DNA of 64,000 nt, taken from NCBI RefSeq assembly GCF_006345805.1, contig NC_043003.1:66650001-66714000 (forward strand). Reading direction: 5' to 3'. A program made the translations under genes and the position numbers. This document shows, piece after piece, positions 12,533 through 24,156 of the stretch (positions are counted from its first letter, which is position 1; each line of letters opens with the position of its first letter). Source of the stretch: Octopus sinensis (lineage: Eukaryota). The notes beneath the pieces were generated by a model, which did not search any database, was not told the DNA's origin, and was given only the letters and a program-made list of their open reading frames with translations.

Positions 12533-12805
12533 TATATATATATATATATACACAGAGATTTGAAAAGTTAAGATCTGCTAGTAGTCGAGATCAACGCATG
12601 GTCTCACATCGCTGCAGACCTCGATTCAACTTAGGCGACTCGTTGATGAAGCCAGCCTTAGCAAACATATTCTGTGTTTTGCTAGAAAGAAGCAGAAACG
12701 GATCAGTCCGAGATGTAAAGCTATCGGTAAACGTTTTTGATTTTCACTCTCGATAAATTCATCTCCCTTTGTGTTCCCAGCACTCGGCATCCTAATTTAG
12801 GAGCC

Positions 12806-12864
<59 letters not shown>

Positions 12865-12985
12865 TTCATCCCACTGCGTGGCACCTCGGGCAAGTGTCTT
12901 CTACTATAGTCTCATGTCAGCCAAAGACTTGTGAGTGGAATTGGTAGACAGAAACTGAAAGAAACCCGTTGAATATATGTATATA
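12865..12985 (+). mobile_element. tRNA-derived SINE family B, partial
   Basis: cccactgcgtggcacctcgggcaagtgtcttctactatag matches the head region of the 62545-62951 copy. Confidence 0.7.
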
Positions 12986-13141
12986 TATATACAAAAAGCA
13001 ATAAAGATTCAAGTTAATTTAAATGAATTTACTTGAATATGGTACCTAACTTAGATGCACCAAAAGAAAACTATACTGTTTTAACAATACAGTAATGTGG
13101 GGTGATTATAAGCGAGAAAGAAGCAACAAGAATGGATAGGT

Positions 13142-13231
13142 TTTTAGTACAATCGTTTCATACAAGGACAGGCTTATTAAAAGTTGTAAAAATTACAGCA
13201 TATAAACGTGTCCCGTACTCATCAGCTAAAA
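13142..13231 (-). ncRNA. Type I minimal hammerhead ribozyme with intact core (Penelope-like terminal repeat, ~12990-13440)
   Basis: Minus RNA: UUUUAG-CUGAUGA-GUACGGGACA[38 nt]UGUCCUUGUAU-GAAAC-GAUU-GUA^CUAAAA; 6-bp stem I, ~10-bp stem II, GUA cleavage triplet. Confidence 0.8.
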
Positions 13232-13451
13232 TACATGTGAGTTCTCTAGACATCCTAGTGGTTGAGGCTATACTCATGAAGTAATGTAGATAATTAAGTA
13301 ACATAAACAGATTTCCAAAGTTCATTAAAGTTCTTTAAAGATGATGTACAGTCCTATCACAGAATTTTAAAAAAGTTCTAATAGCATCACAGAGAAGGTG
13401 ACCTAATCCATAGAGCACATATGAATTTCCAGAGATATGATGAGGGATTAA

Positions 13452-13640
13452 TAATAATAACATCGAAAAAACTTTATGAATGAAAACCCAGGTTCGAAAT
13501 TTCCCCAGGACACATGATGAAAGCTGGAGGGTATATCAGCCAAAACGTTGTGTTAACAACAAACAAGAGGACAAATATCCGTCAAATGTAAAATAATGTA
13601 AATAACGTACATGATTCCTCATCTCTTAAATATGGAACTG
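13452..13640 (+). mobile_element. 5'-truncated copy of the hammerhead-tailed element seen at 16156-16540, with a degenerate ribozyme at 13509-13554
   Basis: Sequence match (acccaggttcgaaattt...gttaacaac...gacaaatatccgtcaaatgtaaa...catctcttaaatat). The core has mutated to AUGAUGA and AAAAC. Confidence 0.75.
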
Positions 13641-14773
13641 TATTACTATTCATTTTATCGCTTGCAAAAGGACGAAAGGCAAAAGGACGAAACTCAACAA
13701 ATAAATAATGGATGAAATGCCGCTTAGCATTTTGTTCGGCGCAATAACGATTCTACCCGCTCACAGCCTTCTCTTATATATTACCACTGCATTGCATTAG
13801 AATATTGAAGAATTTCTTTTATTTACCAATATCTAATGCACAGCTTACCAATCTAACTCTGTGCTATGCAAAATTCGTCACATTGCTAAGTCCACCTTGT
13901 TCTAGTGTCATCACATGTGTTTCTTGTACAACGCAAATGTCGAAAACAGTTAACACAGGGTAGCAGTTCCACCAGGAATTTATATTCATATATCACTCAA
14001 TAGTTCCGAGAAAGATATTGCACAACTTCTCACCTCTGAGCACACTGCTTCCCATAGAAGAAACAACTGCAAGCTAATGATATTCTTTACGCTCTTCCTG
14101 CTAGTTTACATACAATAATTAATAAAAATCAATTAATATCGAAGATTTGTTCATGTAATTATTTTCATTAATCAATCGATTAAGTAAATGAAATACTGAT
14201 CAAGACGTTGTTTAGTTTCATTTGATCCATCATAATTCAGCACACTTACAGTCAAAAGTCGTACCCACACCGGTTTCTTTCTTGTATTTTTTTTAGGATT
14301 ACAATGTTGAATGCGTCATTCCATCCCATCTTTCTGAAAAAAAAATGTAACACGTGTGTTTATATGTATTTATATTAAAATAAGTGTAGGTTTCTAAATG
14401 TATGTCTGAATTTCTTTGTGAATATTGAAATATGTATGTTTTTCTCCCACATCTCTTTCTCTCTCTTTTTCCTCTGTTTCTGATGCTCTCTTTCTATGTA
14501 CATGTGTGTGTGCGTGTGCTTGTGTGCGTGTGTTTGTGTGTTTGTGTGAGTGAGTGTTCGCGCGCATGTGCGTGTGTTTGTGTGTGTGTGTATTGTAGCA
14601 TGTAGCTATGGTTGTAAATGTATAAATTCAAATGTATCTACGATAATCAGTGCTGTATATCTATATCTCTTTCTTTCTCTCTCTCTCTTTGTGTATTGAA
14701 GTATGCATCTCTATGACAGCAAAGTATGTATTTAAACGCATTTAGGATAATCTTAGTGAATACTGAAATATAA

Positions 14774-14805
<32 letters not shown>

Positions 14806-14821
14806 AATATATGTATGTATA

Positions 14822-14860
<39 letters not shown>

Positions 14861-15543
14861 GTATATGTATATATGTTATATATATATATACATAATATAT
14901 ATATATATTATATATATATAATATATATGTATATATATATATGCGTACACACATATTCATATGTATATAGGTTCGTTATTCACTCTCGCTCCCTACCTCT
15001 CTCTACCCCTCTCTCTTCTCAGGACGTCTGCGCCTGCGCAAATTTGTATCCACATGCTTGTGTTTACAATTGTGCAATTATATTTAACTATGTGTGTTTA
15101 CCGTTCTTCATATATGCGCGTGCGGCATCTTCCAGCATTCTTGACGTCTAACTAGCCATGGCTGGTCAGTTTCACCCAGCCTTTTCCTCATACATTAACA
15201 ACAGAAATATTTTGTTAACAACCTCTTTCTCTTTCCTGTACAACGATCGAAGACAGTTTATAATCCGGACACGTCTTGTCCGTGTCCAGTCTTGCATTTT
15301 TCACTTCCTCTGGTTTCTACAGTTATATTCCCCTAATTTGTATGTGACTCCCTTTGTCTCCCTTCTCCACGTCTCTGTCACCTACCTTTCCGCTTTCTCC
15401 CGGAATGTATACATGTATTATGTATGTATGTATGTATGTATGTATGTATGTATGTATGTATGCATGTATGTATGTGTATATGTATGTATGTATACTCATT
15501 ACATCTACACTCTTATATCCATAAATGTGTGTGTATATATATA

Positions 15544-15627
<84 letters not shown>

Positions 15628-15759
15628 CATTCATTTATATATACATATAACGTTGCATCGTATAAAGTAGGTGTATGTGATTCCTCCTCCTATCTACTCT
15701 CTCTCTCTCTGCCCCCCTTCATTCTCTCTCTCTTTCTCTGTAAACATATATATATATAT

Positions 15760-15841
<82 letters not shown>

Positions 15842-15844
15842 TAT

Positions 15845-16110
15845 GAAATGACTTTAAACTTCGACACCCTAGTTCGACACCCTTCACGACAGAGACACGC
15901 ACGGGTGATGCTAACAAGACCACGTTCGTAGTGCATCCCGAGTTTGTCCTCTAAAGCACGTTTATGTACTACACCGCAATACCTTTCTCCTCGAGAGACT
16001 GTAGCACCGCATTGACCTCAGCACTGTCGACTGCCTTTTCGTTATCAACGAACGCGACTCGCAAAGACAACCGAGACGTTCTCGCTTGCTCCAACACTTT
16101 CAGGATGTAT
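15845..16110 (-). mobile_element. Decayed RTE-type LINE reverse transcriptase fragment
   Basis: Minus strand reads KVLEQARTSRLSLRVAFVDNEKAVDSAEVNAVLQSLEEKGI...CTTNVVLLASPVRVSVVKGVELG, equivalent to F.D.EKAFDSV and KGVKQG; stops present. Confidence 0.75.
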
Positions 16111-16155
16111 CTGTCTGTGTTTCCCCCCACAGCAGCTTGATAACTGGTATTGCAG

Positions 16156-16332
16156 TTCTATATTTAAGAGATGAAGAATTATGTACATTATTTACATTAT
16201 TTACATTTGACGGATATTTGTTCTCATCTTCTTTGTTGTTAACACAACGTTTCGTCTGATATACTCTCAGCTTTCATCAGGTGTCTCGGGTAAATTTCGA
16301 ACCTGGGTTCTCATTTCTAAGGTATTTTTCGA

Positions 16333-16388
<56 letters not shown>

Positions 16389-16540
16389 TCACTGCCTGGA
16401 ATCGAACTCGGAATCTTGGTGTTAGTAGCCAGCGCTCTTAATCACTACTCCATATGCCCGTGGGCTAACGAAGCCGAAACGTCGTGTTAACAACAAAGAT
16501 GAGGACAAATATCCGTCAAATGTAAATAATGTTAATAATG
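16156..16540 (-). mobile_element. TSD-flanked non-autonomous element: inverted partial tail + tRNA-like head + (AAT)n + hammerhead-bearing Penelope-like tail
   Basis: 11-bp direct repeat TGGTATTGCAG at 16145-16155 and 16541-16551. A-box at 16442-16452, B-box GAGTTCGATTCC at 16398-16409, hammerhead at 16241-16285. 16472-16540 is an inverted copy of ~16183-16255. Confidence 0.8.
16241..16285 (-). ncRNA. Type I minimal hammerhead ribozyme, core intact
   Basis: Minus RNA: GACAC-CUGAUGA-AAGCUGAGAGUAUAUCAGAC-GAAAC-GUU^GUGUU. Stem I is GACAC/GUGUU. Stem III is a loopless palindrome (AACGUU), which implies dimer formation. The base of stem II is imperfect. Confidence 0.75.
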
Positions 16541-17689
16541 TGGTATTGCAGCTTTTTCGTCCCCGTAACATCGTAACTTAACATCTCGGCAAAAGAAACT
16601 GGTAGAATAGATACCTTACTTGAAATGTATAGGGTGTTCCAACAGTCGGTCCACAGCGAAATTATTTTTCTTGATTCTCCAAGAGTCAGACGCTCTAAGA
16701 TATATTTCAAAACATGTGTAGAAGTGTTAACTTCTGTATTGAAAATGAAGGACGATACTTTCAACACCTCTTATAAAGTTGTTTTAAAGTTTTGTAAAAT
16801 CTTATATATTCTTTTGTAGCCTTATACCATCTTATAAATATTTATTTTGCAATCAAATACTTACTGGAGAGAGACTTTTTGAATACCCTGCATAAGCATT
16901 GGGTTCGATTCGCTCGTCCACGTTACTTCAATGTGGCGCTCTAGCATGGCTGCAGTCTAATGATTGAAGCAAGTATAACATAAAAGAAAAATGTGAGCGT
17001 ATGTTCGGATACGAAAGTAAATTCTCAATCCCACGTTTTCGTATTTCTTGTAGCGATTGTTAGTTCAGTCTAGTAACACACACGAATAAGCACACGAGGG
17101 ATTATATATTTATAATGGGTTTGACAGATTTCATAAACAGGTAGATAAACATTACTGCCAGATGGATAGGTAAACAGTTGTTAGATAGGTAAACAAATAA
17201 ATAAAACATAAAATCAAAAATAAAACAGATACAAAAATTGATGATGCTTGCACCAAAGCGAACGCATAAGTTTTTAATTAACTCTGTGAACGCGATGTGT
17301 GTGTGTTGTGTGTATGTGTGTGTGTGTGTGTGTGTGTATGCTTGTATACACAAAATATACTTATAAACATAACTATGCATAAACGTAATATATATTTAAA
17401 TGTATGTATATATATGTTTTTTTCTGTCCTTGTTTTCGTATACATTCGCAGCTTTCTTCCAAAGAATCTGATGCTCTTAGCTTAGTTTTACCTTGGGGCT
17501 GGCCAGATTGGAGCAATCTCGAGTATAACCAGGCGAAATTGCAAAGATAATCTGGAAACGACTGAGGAAAGAAAACTCCGAATGACCCGTCCTTGTTTTC
17601 TTTGTATTGTCTGTCTGGATGTTTTGTTGCCCCTTTTTTGTATCACCTAACTGTCTGGATGTTTTGCGTTCTTCTCCTATTTTGTATTT

Positions 17690-17764
<75 letters not shown>

Positions 17765-17767
<3 letters not shown>

Positions 17768-18451
17768 TTAAATTTAAAATGAGGGTGAGAAATTAGATAT
17801 TAATTTGATTAACATCGATTTCATACCAGTGGTCCAGCACATAAAAAACTGAAGGTTCAGTAAAATTGTATTATATACATATTAGAAGGAAACCATTATG
17901 TGGACACTCTTGTGCTAGAAATAGATCTGCTATGGTCTTACCACTAAGAAATGTTCTCAAGAAAAAATTAGCAAAACATCCAAAGCGTAATCGAGCAAGA
18001 AAAAATAAAAAGCAATAAAAATATGGATTATTCGCATACATGTTTCACTATTAACATATTACGTAATTTTACTTACATAAATGCCCGTAGATCATCGGTG
18101 CGACAATCCAGATGAATATAATTTGCAGGACTGCATACTAGGACGTCCGCACAAAGTCAGACCTGTAAACAGTTCTACCCATTACACTCGTGGTTACTAT
18201 TTCAAATGTCCTCATTTTGGCGCGCTAAATTACCGGAAAAACTGATGCTGCAGATAAAACTTTACTGCAGTGGCCTTAGCCGGTTAGAGAACGTATTAAT
18301 TTAAATTTAAGTTTAAAATGAGGTTGAGAAATTAGATATTGATTTAATTAACATCGATTTCACACCAGTGGTCTTGCATATAAAAAAACTTAAGGTTCAG
18401 TAAAATTGTATTATATACATATTAGAGGGAAACCACTATGTGGGCACCCTT
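17765..18451 (-). mobile_element. Penelope-like remnant: ~146-bp direct repeats (17765-17910, 18304-18451) around a hammerhead-containing segment
   Basis: Repeats seen directly; hammerhead at 18032-18103. The inner segment resembles the reverse complement of 28640-28935. Confidence 0.55.
18032..18103 (-). ncRNA. Degenerate hammerhead ribozyme (one core substitution)
   Basis: UCGCA-CCGAUGA-UCUA...UAGU-GAAAC-AU-GUA^UGCGA; palindromic ACAUGU stem III; U4 changed to C. Confidence 0.65.
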
Positions 18452-18534
18452 AGATTTAGGCACACATACATATACACGTACATACATACATAAATACATA
18501 CATACATAATACATGCATACATACATACATATAT

Positions 18535-18692
18535 GAGACGGGCTTCTTTCATTTTCTGTTTACCAAATCCACTCACAAGGCTTTGGTCGACTCGAGGCTA
18601 TAGTACAAGACACCTGCCCAAGGTGCCACGCAGTGGAACTGAACCCGGAACCATGTGGTTCGTAATCAAGCTACTTACTGCACAGCCACTCC
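18535..18692 (-). mobile_element. tRNA-derived SINE family B, head half
   Basis: Matches 62785-62945. Confidence 0.8.
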
Positions 18693-19412
18693 TAGCTTTA
18701 GTCAAAATGTAAAAAAGAAACACCTTTCTTTCTTTCTCTTAACCTCTGCTAATACTTTGCTTGCACCATGTGTCTTCACGTTATCATTTTTTTTCTTGCG
18801 TTTGTTCTTCTTTTCGGGGGGTGTATTTACTAAACAGACAGACAGATAGATAGGTCAATAGATAGATAGATTGATAGATAGATAGGTAGGTAGGTAGGTA
18901 GGTAGGTAGATGGTTGGATGGACGGACCGACGGACAGACGGACGGTCGGACGGAGAGACGGGCGGTCTGACAGACTGTCGGACGGATTGATGGATGGATA
19001 ATTTAGACATGTTTTGGCCAAAGATTAGCCCCAGCCAAATTAAATTCCATAGCATCACCTCATAGGATCTGCCAGGTCAATTTTAACTGAGAAGTATTTT
19101 ATCCCCTTGCTCCAGTCATTGGGCTGCGGCCATGCAGGGAGGTGGCCCTGAAATGTTTAGCCGAACAAATCTCTCACTGCCGTACTTACTTCACAATCTT
19201 GTACTTATTGCATCGTTTTCTTTTTTCGAGCTGTTAAGTTAAGGCGATGTAAACAAACTAACACCAGTTGGATTGTATGCAGGATTCCATATAGTTTTTA
19301 TCTTTCAAATAGTTACCTGAGAAGACGTTGGTCAACCGAGGGCTATTGTCAAAGTCGCTTGACAAAGGTTCCGCGCAGTGGGATTGAACCTGACGCCACG
19401 TGTTTCCAGGGT

Positions 19413-19454
<42 letters not shown>

Positions 19455-19692
19455 CACACATAGACACACTCACACATTCTCTCACACAGATTCACACACA
19501 CACACTCGCATACACACTCACACATAGACACACTCACATACAGACACACACTTGCACACACGCATGCACTCACACACACACACTCACACACACGGACACA
19601 CACACACACTCACACACACATATATAAAAACAAGACATGACTCTGTGTTTAAGAAGCTCATTTGTAACCATACATGTATATGTATGTATGTA

Positions 19693-19765
<73 letters not shown>

Positions 19766-19923
19766 TTAATATATACTTGTATCTTCACCGTGTTTTATTT
19801 ACCAGAATGCACATCAGACTTACCAGATGTTAGATTTTTCGTTGTTTTGTTTCGTCTGTATTGATCTTTGTAGTTCCTGAGTTGAAACAAAATAAATAAA
19901 TAAATAAATAAATAATAATAATG

Positions 19924-19981
<58 letters not shown>

Positions 19982-20676
19982 CAACAACGACAACAACAGC
20001 AACATCAAAAAATTCTTGGAACGCATTTGGTTCAAATGAATTTTGTACTTGGTTTCCAGATGTTTGCTCGGAAGAAGAAACAGAAATGGGCACCGGAAGA
20101 TCCTTTTTATTTTATTTTTATTTATTTTTTTTTTAATCTTGCAAGAGTTTCTGCTATCGACTAAGCTTGTTGACACAGATATCTCATTGCCAGTGAAAGA
20201 TGAAATTATCCCCCTGTCAGATGCAGCTGGCCGATAAAACACTTGCTCACATTCGCTCTATGCATCGTTGCTGTCTTCGTTGTCATTGCCGCTGATGTTG
20301 TTATGCCGTCCAATTATACCTTCCGTCTTATTCTTCGATATGTGTTGTTTTTTTTTTCCTATTTCATCCCCCGTCCCCACAAATGCGGTCGGTCTACTCC
20401 ACCCCGGATGTTGTATACTCAATATCGTTTAATCCATTTTCGTGAGTGGGTCCACTCTGTGGCACAGCAACCCCTTCGTCAAATCTAATACTGTATCTGT
20501 GTAGAACTGTGTTTCCCAACCATTTTTATCTGTTGACCCCTTTCACTCCTGTTTTACTGCGGTGGATCCTCATACCCCCTCAGTATTTAAAAATTTTATT
20601 ATTATCATATAATTGAACATATTTAGGAATTGTATAAAAATGATTGTTAAAATATTATGTGCATTATAGAAATATA

Positions 20677-21022
20677 GGGTTATCCCATAAATAATGCGGT
20701 CTTTTGCTTCTTTCATTTTTCAAAATTATGATAAACAAAGTTCTTTTTTTAATCTAAAATATACTCTCCTTCATCTTCTACAACGCTCTTCCATCTACCT
20801 GGTAAACTTGCAAGGCCCCTCTTCCAAAATTTGCTTGTCCATGACGAAAAATACTCCTCCACTACTGTTCTGACCTCGTCTAAAGAATTCATATTCTTCC
20901 CGTTCAAATGATTTTGAAAAGTGCAGAATAAATGATGTGATGGAGCAATGTCCGGCCAATATGGTGGGTGGGGCACTGTTTCCAATTCAAACTGCTCCAG
21001 CCTTTGGAATGTCATCCTCACT
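20677..21022 (-). mobile_element. mariner (Tc1/mariner) remnant: transposase C-terminus plus one TIR
   Basis: ORF 20749-21021 reads TVPHPPYWPDIAPSHHLFCTFQNHLNGK...FWKRGLASLPGRWKSVVEDEGEYI, the mariner HPPYSPDLAPSDYHLF and RW..V...G.Y motifs. TA|GGGTTATCCCATAAATAATGCGG terminus at 20675-20699. Confidence 0.9.
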
Positions 21023-21105
21023 GTATATATATATATATATTAATTGATATATATATATATCCTAGCTGTATATATATATATATATTATATAATATATATA
21101 TTAGT

Positions 21106-21675
21106 TAATAGAAATATTAAAATTACTAAGTCTCTCTAAAAGGAACAACGGCAGCGTTCCCGGAAAATATTAGTTATCCATACTAATATGGCATTTTATA
21201 AAAATAGAAAAAGCTGACCGCTTATTAGCTATGAGGCCATCGCCTTAGTTAGCTATTTGATACACAAACTGTATCCATATAACCTTTGAACAAGGGAGGT
21301 CAGTCGCTCCACACTACTTGGCCGGCAGCTACAGACGTTGTTCTCTTTTAGAGAGACTTAGTAATTTAATATTTCTATTATGAAAACAAGTGGATGTATT
21401 CACGAAGCTAGGTAAATAAAACCTTTGAACAGAGATTGTCGGAAGCGACACCTACTGGTTTGGCTACGCTGCATTGAAAAGGGGCAATACCCCGAAAGCG
21501 TCTGTAGCTGCCGCCAAGTAGTGTGGAGCGACTGACCTCCCTTGTTCAAAGGTTATATGGATACAGTTTGTGTAAAAATAGCTAACTTAAGGCGATGGCC
21601 TCATGGAGCTAATAAGCGGTCAGCTTTTTTCTTATTTTTATAAGAATGCCATATTAGTATGGCGATAACTAATTA
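21106..21675. repeat. Interleaved inverted repeats A-B-A'-C-B' with a degenerate hammerhead
   Basis: A 21106-21150 vs A' 21336-21380; B ~21167-21337 vs B' ~21499-21674. Confidence 0.9.
21468..21508 (+). ncRNA. Degenerate hammerhead ribozyme
   Basis: GCUGCA-UUGAAAA-GGGG CAAUA CCCC-GAAA-GC-GUC^UGUAGC. Stems I and II are intact; the core is two substitutions from CUGANGA; stem III lacks a C. Confidence 0.55.
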
Positions 21676-22009
21676 TATTAGTTGATATATATCTTTTTTC
21701 AATTACTGGTTTCATTCATTGGGCTGCGGCCTTGCTGGGGCACCACCTTCAAGAGTTTAGTGGAACAAATCAGCCTTTACCTCTTATTTTTAAGTCAGTT
21801 CCTTATTCTAACCGTCTCATTTGCGGTGGCAGCGCATGCTCAAGCAGTAGTTAACACCTTAGTCACTGAGAAAATTGCCGAATTTCTATCTTATCTAATC
21901 AGTAATTCCATACCAACCGGTTTAAAGTAAACACGACTAGTCCCCTCCTCACTTAATTTGAGGCGTGGTGTCTCCAGTAGAAAGGATTATTCCTTATTTA
22001 AGCGGCTTA

Positions 22010-22440
22010 AGGTGGCGAGTTGGCAGAATCGTTAGCACGCCGGGCGAAATGCTTAGCGGTATTTCGTCTACCGCTACGTTCTGAGTTCAAATTCCGTCTG
22101 AGATCGACTTTGCCTTTCATCCTTTCGGAGTGAATGAAATAAGTACCAGTTACGCACTTGAGTGGATGTAATCAACTAGTCTCCTTTCCCCAAAATTTTC
22201 AAGGCCTTGTGCCTAGCGTAGAAATAATTATTTAATCGGCTTGATGGTAGACTGTTTAGTACGTTGGACATAATGCTTAGCGGCATTTCTTCAGACTTTA
22301 CGTTCTGAGTTCAAATGTCACCTACATCGACTTTGCTTTTCATCTTTCGGAGTAGATAAAATAAAGTACCTTCAACGTATAGGGTTGATGCAATGAATCA
22401 TATCCCTCCCCTCAAAACTGGTGACCTTCTGATAAAAATT
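22010..22440 (+). mobile_element. Two tandem SINE family A copies
   Basis: ggcgagttggcagaatcgttagcacgccgggcgaaatgcttagc...gagttcaaattcc...gactttgcctttcatcctttcgg; the second copy is more decayed. Confidence 0.85.
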
Positions 22441-22647
22441 AGAAAGAAATATTTCTCATTATCCGCTGGTCTAGTACTTTCCAAGTGACATGGGCACCTC
22501 GCAGTTCTTTGACCAAAACATTAAAAGAAAGGCATTCCTCAACAACAGGCTTCAGTCGACGACACTTGTATAAGATAGTACGCAGCGAGATCGAAACAGG
22601 AATCAAATGGTTGGGAACATGAACACCTTACCGAAAATGCTATGCAG

Positions 22648-22968
22648 CAGTGGTTCTCAACTGTTTTTTTCTTTATATCCATGGGCTTCCATTACTATAA
22701 CCGATTTTTTAAAACTAGTTTTATAGATACTTCTTTCAAAATTCCTCTTTTACTTTTCCCACATTAACTTCTGTGGGTTGAACTATGAAACCATTAAAGA
22801 AAGAAATCCTGCTGTTTCTTGCAATAACTATATCTATAACGAAACTTTTTCATGGGCCCTAAGTATGTGACTGTGCATTCAAAATGTACTATTTTGCTTG
22901 CGTAGACCTCACAAAATTTTACAAGGACCCCACTCTGAGATCATATGGACCTTCATTGAGAAGCACTG
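22648..22968. mobile_element. hAT-type MITE
   Basis: TIRs CAGTGGTTCTCAA / TTGAGAAGCACTG; 8-bp TSD CTATGCAG / CTATACAG (7/8 match). Confidence 0.85.
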
Positions 22969-23627
22969 CTATACAGGTTTACAGGGATCCGGGTTTAGAC
23001 AAGCAGCTGCCAGAAAGGGCAGTATCTCGGTGTGTAAACAAGAGGACCGATCCCTTGTCTTTGTCTATCGTCATGAAAATTTCTACAACACACTGGTAAT
23101 GTAAGCAAAATAAAGAAGGATTGACAGGGATTAGAAATTATGTTTGTGGAATGAAGCAGACATTAGAAGAACAAAATTAAAGTTGTTTTGTACATAGAGT
23201 CGAAATCTGAGATTTTTCGGAAATTAGAATGTCCATGCTTTTCTAAGAGCCATTAGAGAAGTGCAGTGATGCGCGGTGAAGTGTATAATTGTGCGGTTGG
23301 GAGTGTATACGTATGTATGTATGTATGTATGTATGTATGTATGTATGTATGTATGTATGTATGTATGTATGTATGTATGTGTGTCTGTGTGTATGTGTGT
23401 GTGTGTGTATGCGCGCGTGTAAAGAATACATACATATATATATATACCTAACTGCTAACATACATACATATATACATACCCAAAAGAGAACACACACACA
23501 TACATATGTATATACAGACGCGCGCACACACACACTCAAGTACGCACACTCACATGTGTATGTATATATATATGTATGCGTGAGTGAGTATGTGCATGAG
23601 TGAGTGTGTGTGTGTGTGTGTTTGTGC

Positions 23628-23658
<31 letters not shown>

Positions 23659-24156
23659 TATGTATGTATGTATGTATTTATGTATGTGTGCGCGCGTATG
23701 TGCGTGTGTACAGACAGGCAAATGTATGGAATGATCAGATGAGAGAATGAGGAAAAGTCGCCCGAAGTTTTGCAAATAACTAACTTTCATAAATGATTGT
23801 TTGGTGGTAATGGTATTTAGAAAAGATAGATGGAGAGTAAATAATTTTGAGAAACACGCACAAGAAGAGACTTAGGAATAAATGCATTATTTTTTTTATT
23901 CCCTTATTGGTTAGTCATTGCACCGTGGTCATGCTGGAGTACTGCCACAAACCATTAGATGAGCACAGCAGCTAAATTACGTCTTTACTGATGTAAAGAT
24001 TAATAGTGACATGTATGCAGTATCGCTCCAGCTCCTGCACACTCACTCGTACATATGTCAGTATGTGTGTGTGTGTGTGTGTGGGTGTGTGTGTCTTTTA
24101 ATATATATGTGTGTGGAAGGTGGCAAGCTGGTAGAATAGTAAGGCTGGTAGAATAA

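Noticed and set aside
17545-17600. CTGAGGA...CCGAATGACCCGTC hammerhead-like string (similar at ~2684 and ~43530-43562)
   Set aside because: GAAA or the stems could not be completed; too decayed to call without a family consensus.
20040-20245. Acceptor-like sites with short frames (DVCSEEETEMG..., EFLLSTKLVDTDISLPVKDEIIPL...)
   Set aside because: No donor, no recognisable protein, and competing frames on both strands.
22884-23104. Two overlapping ORFs with apparent AG/GT sites (22906-23095) that look like an exon
   Set aside because: The first third lies inside a hAT MITE (TIR ends at 22968, 8-bp TSD), so the frame spans a TE boundary.
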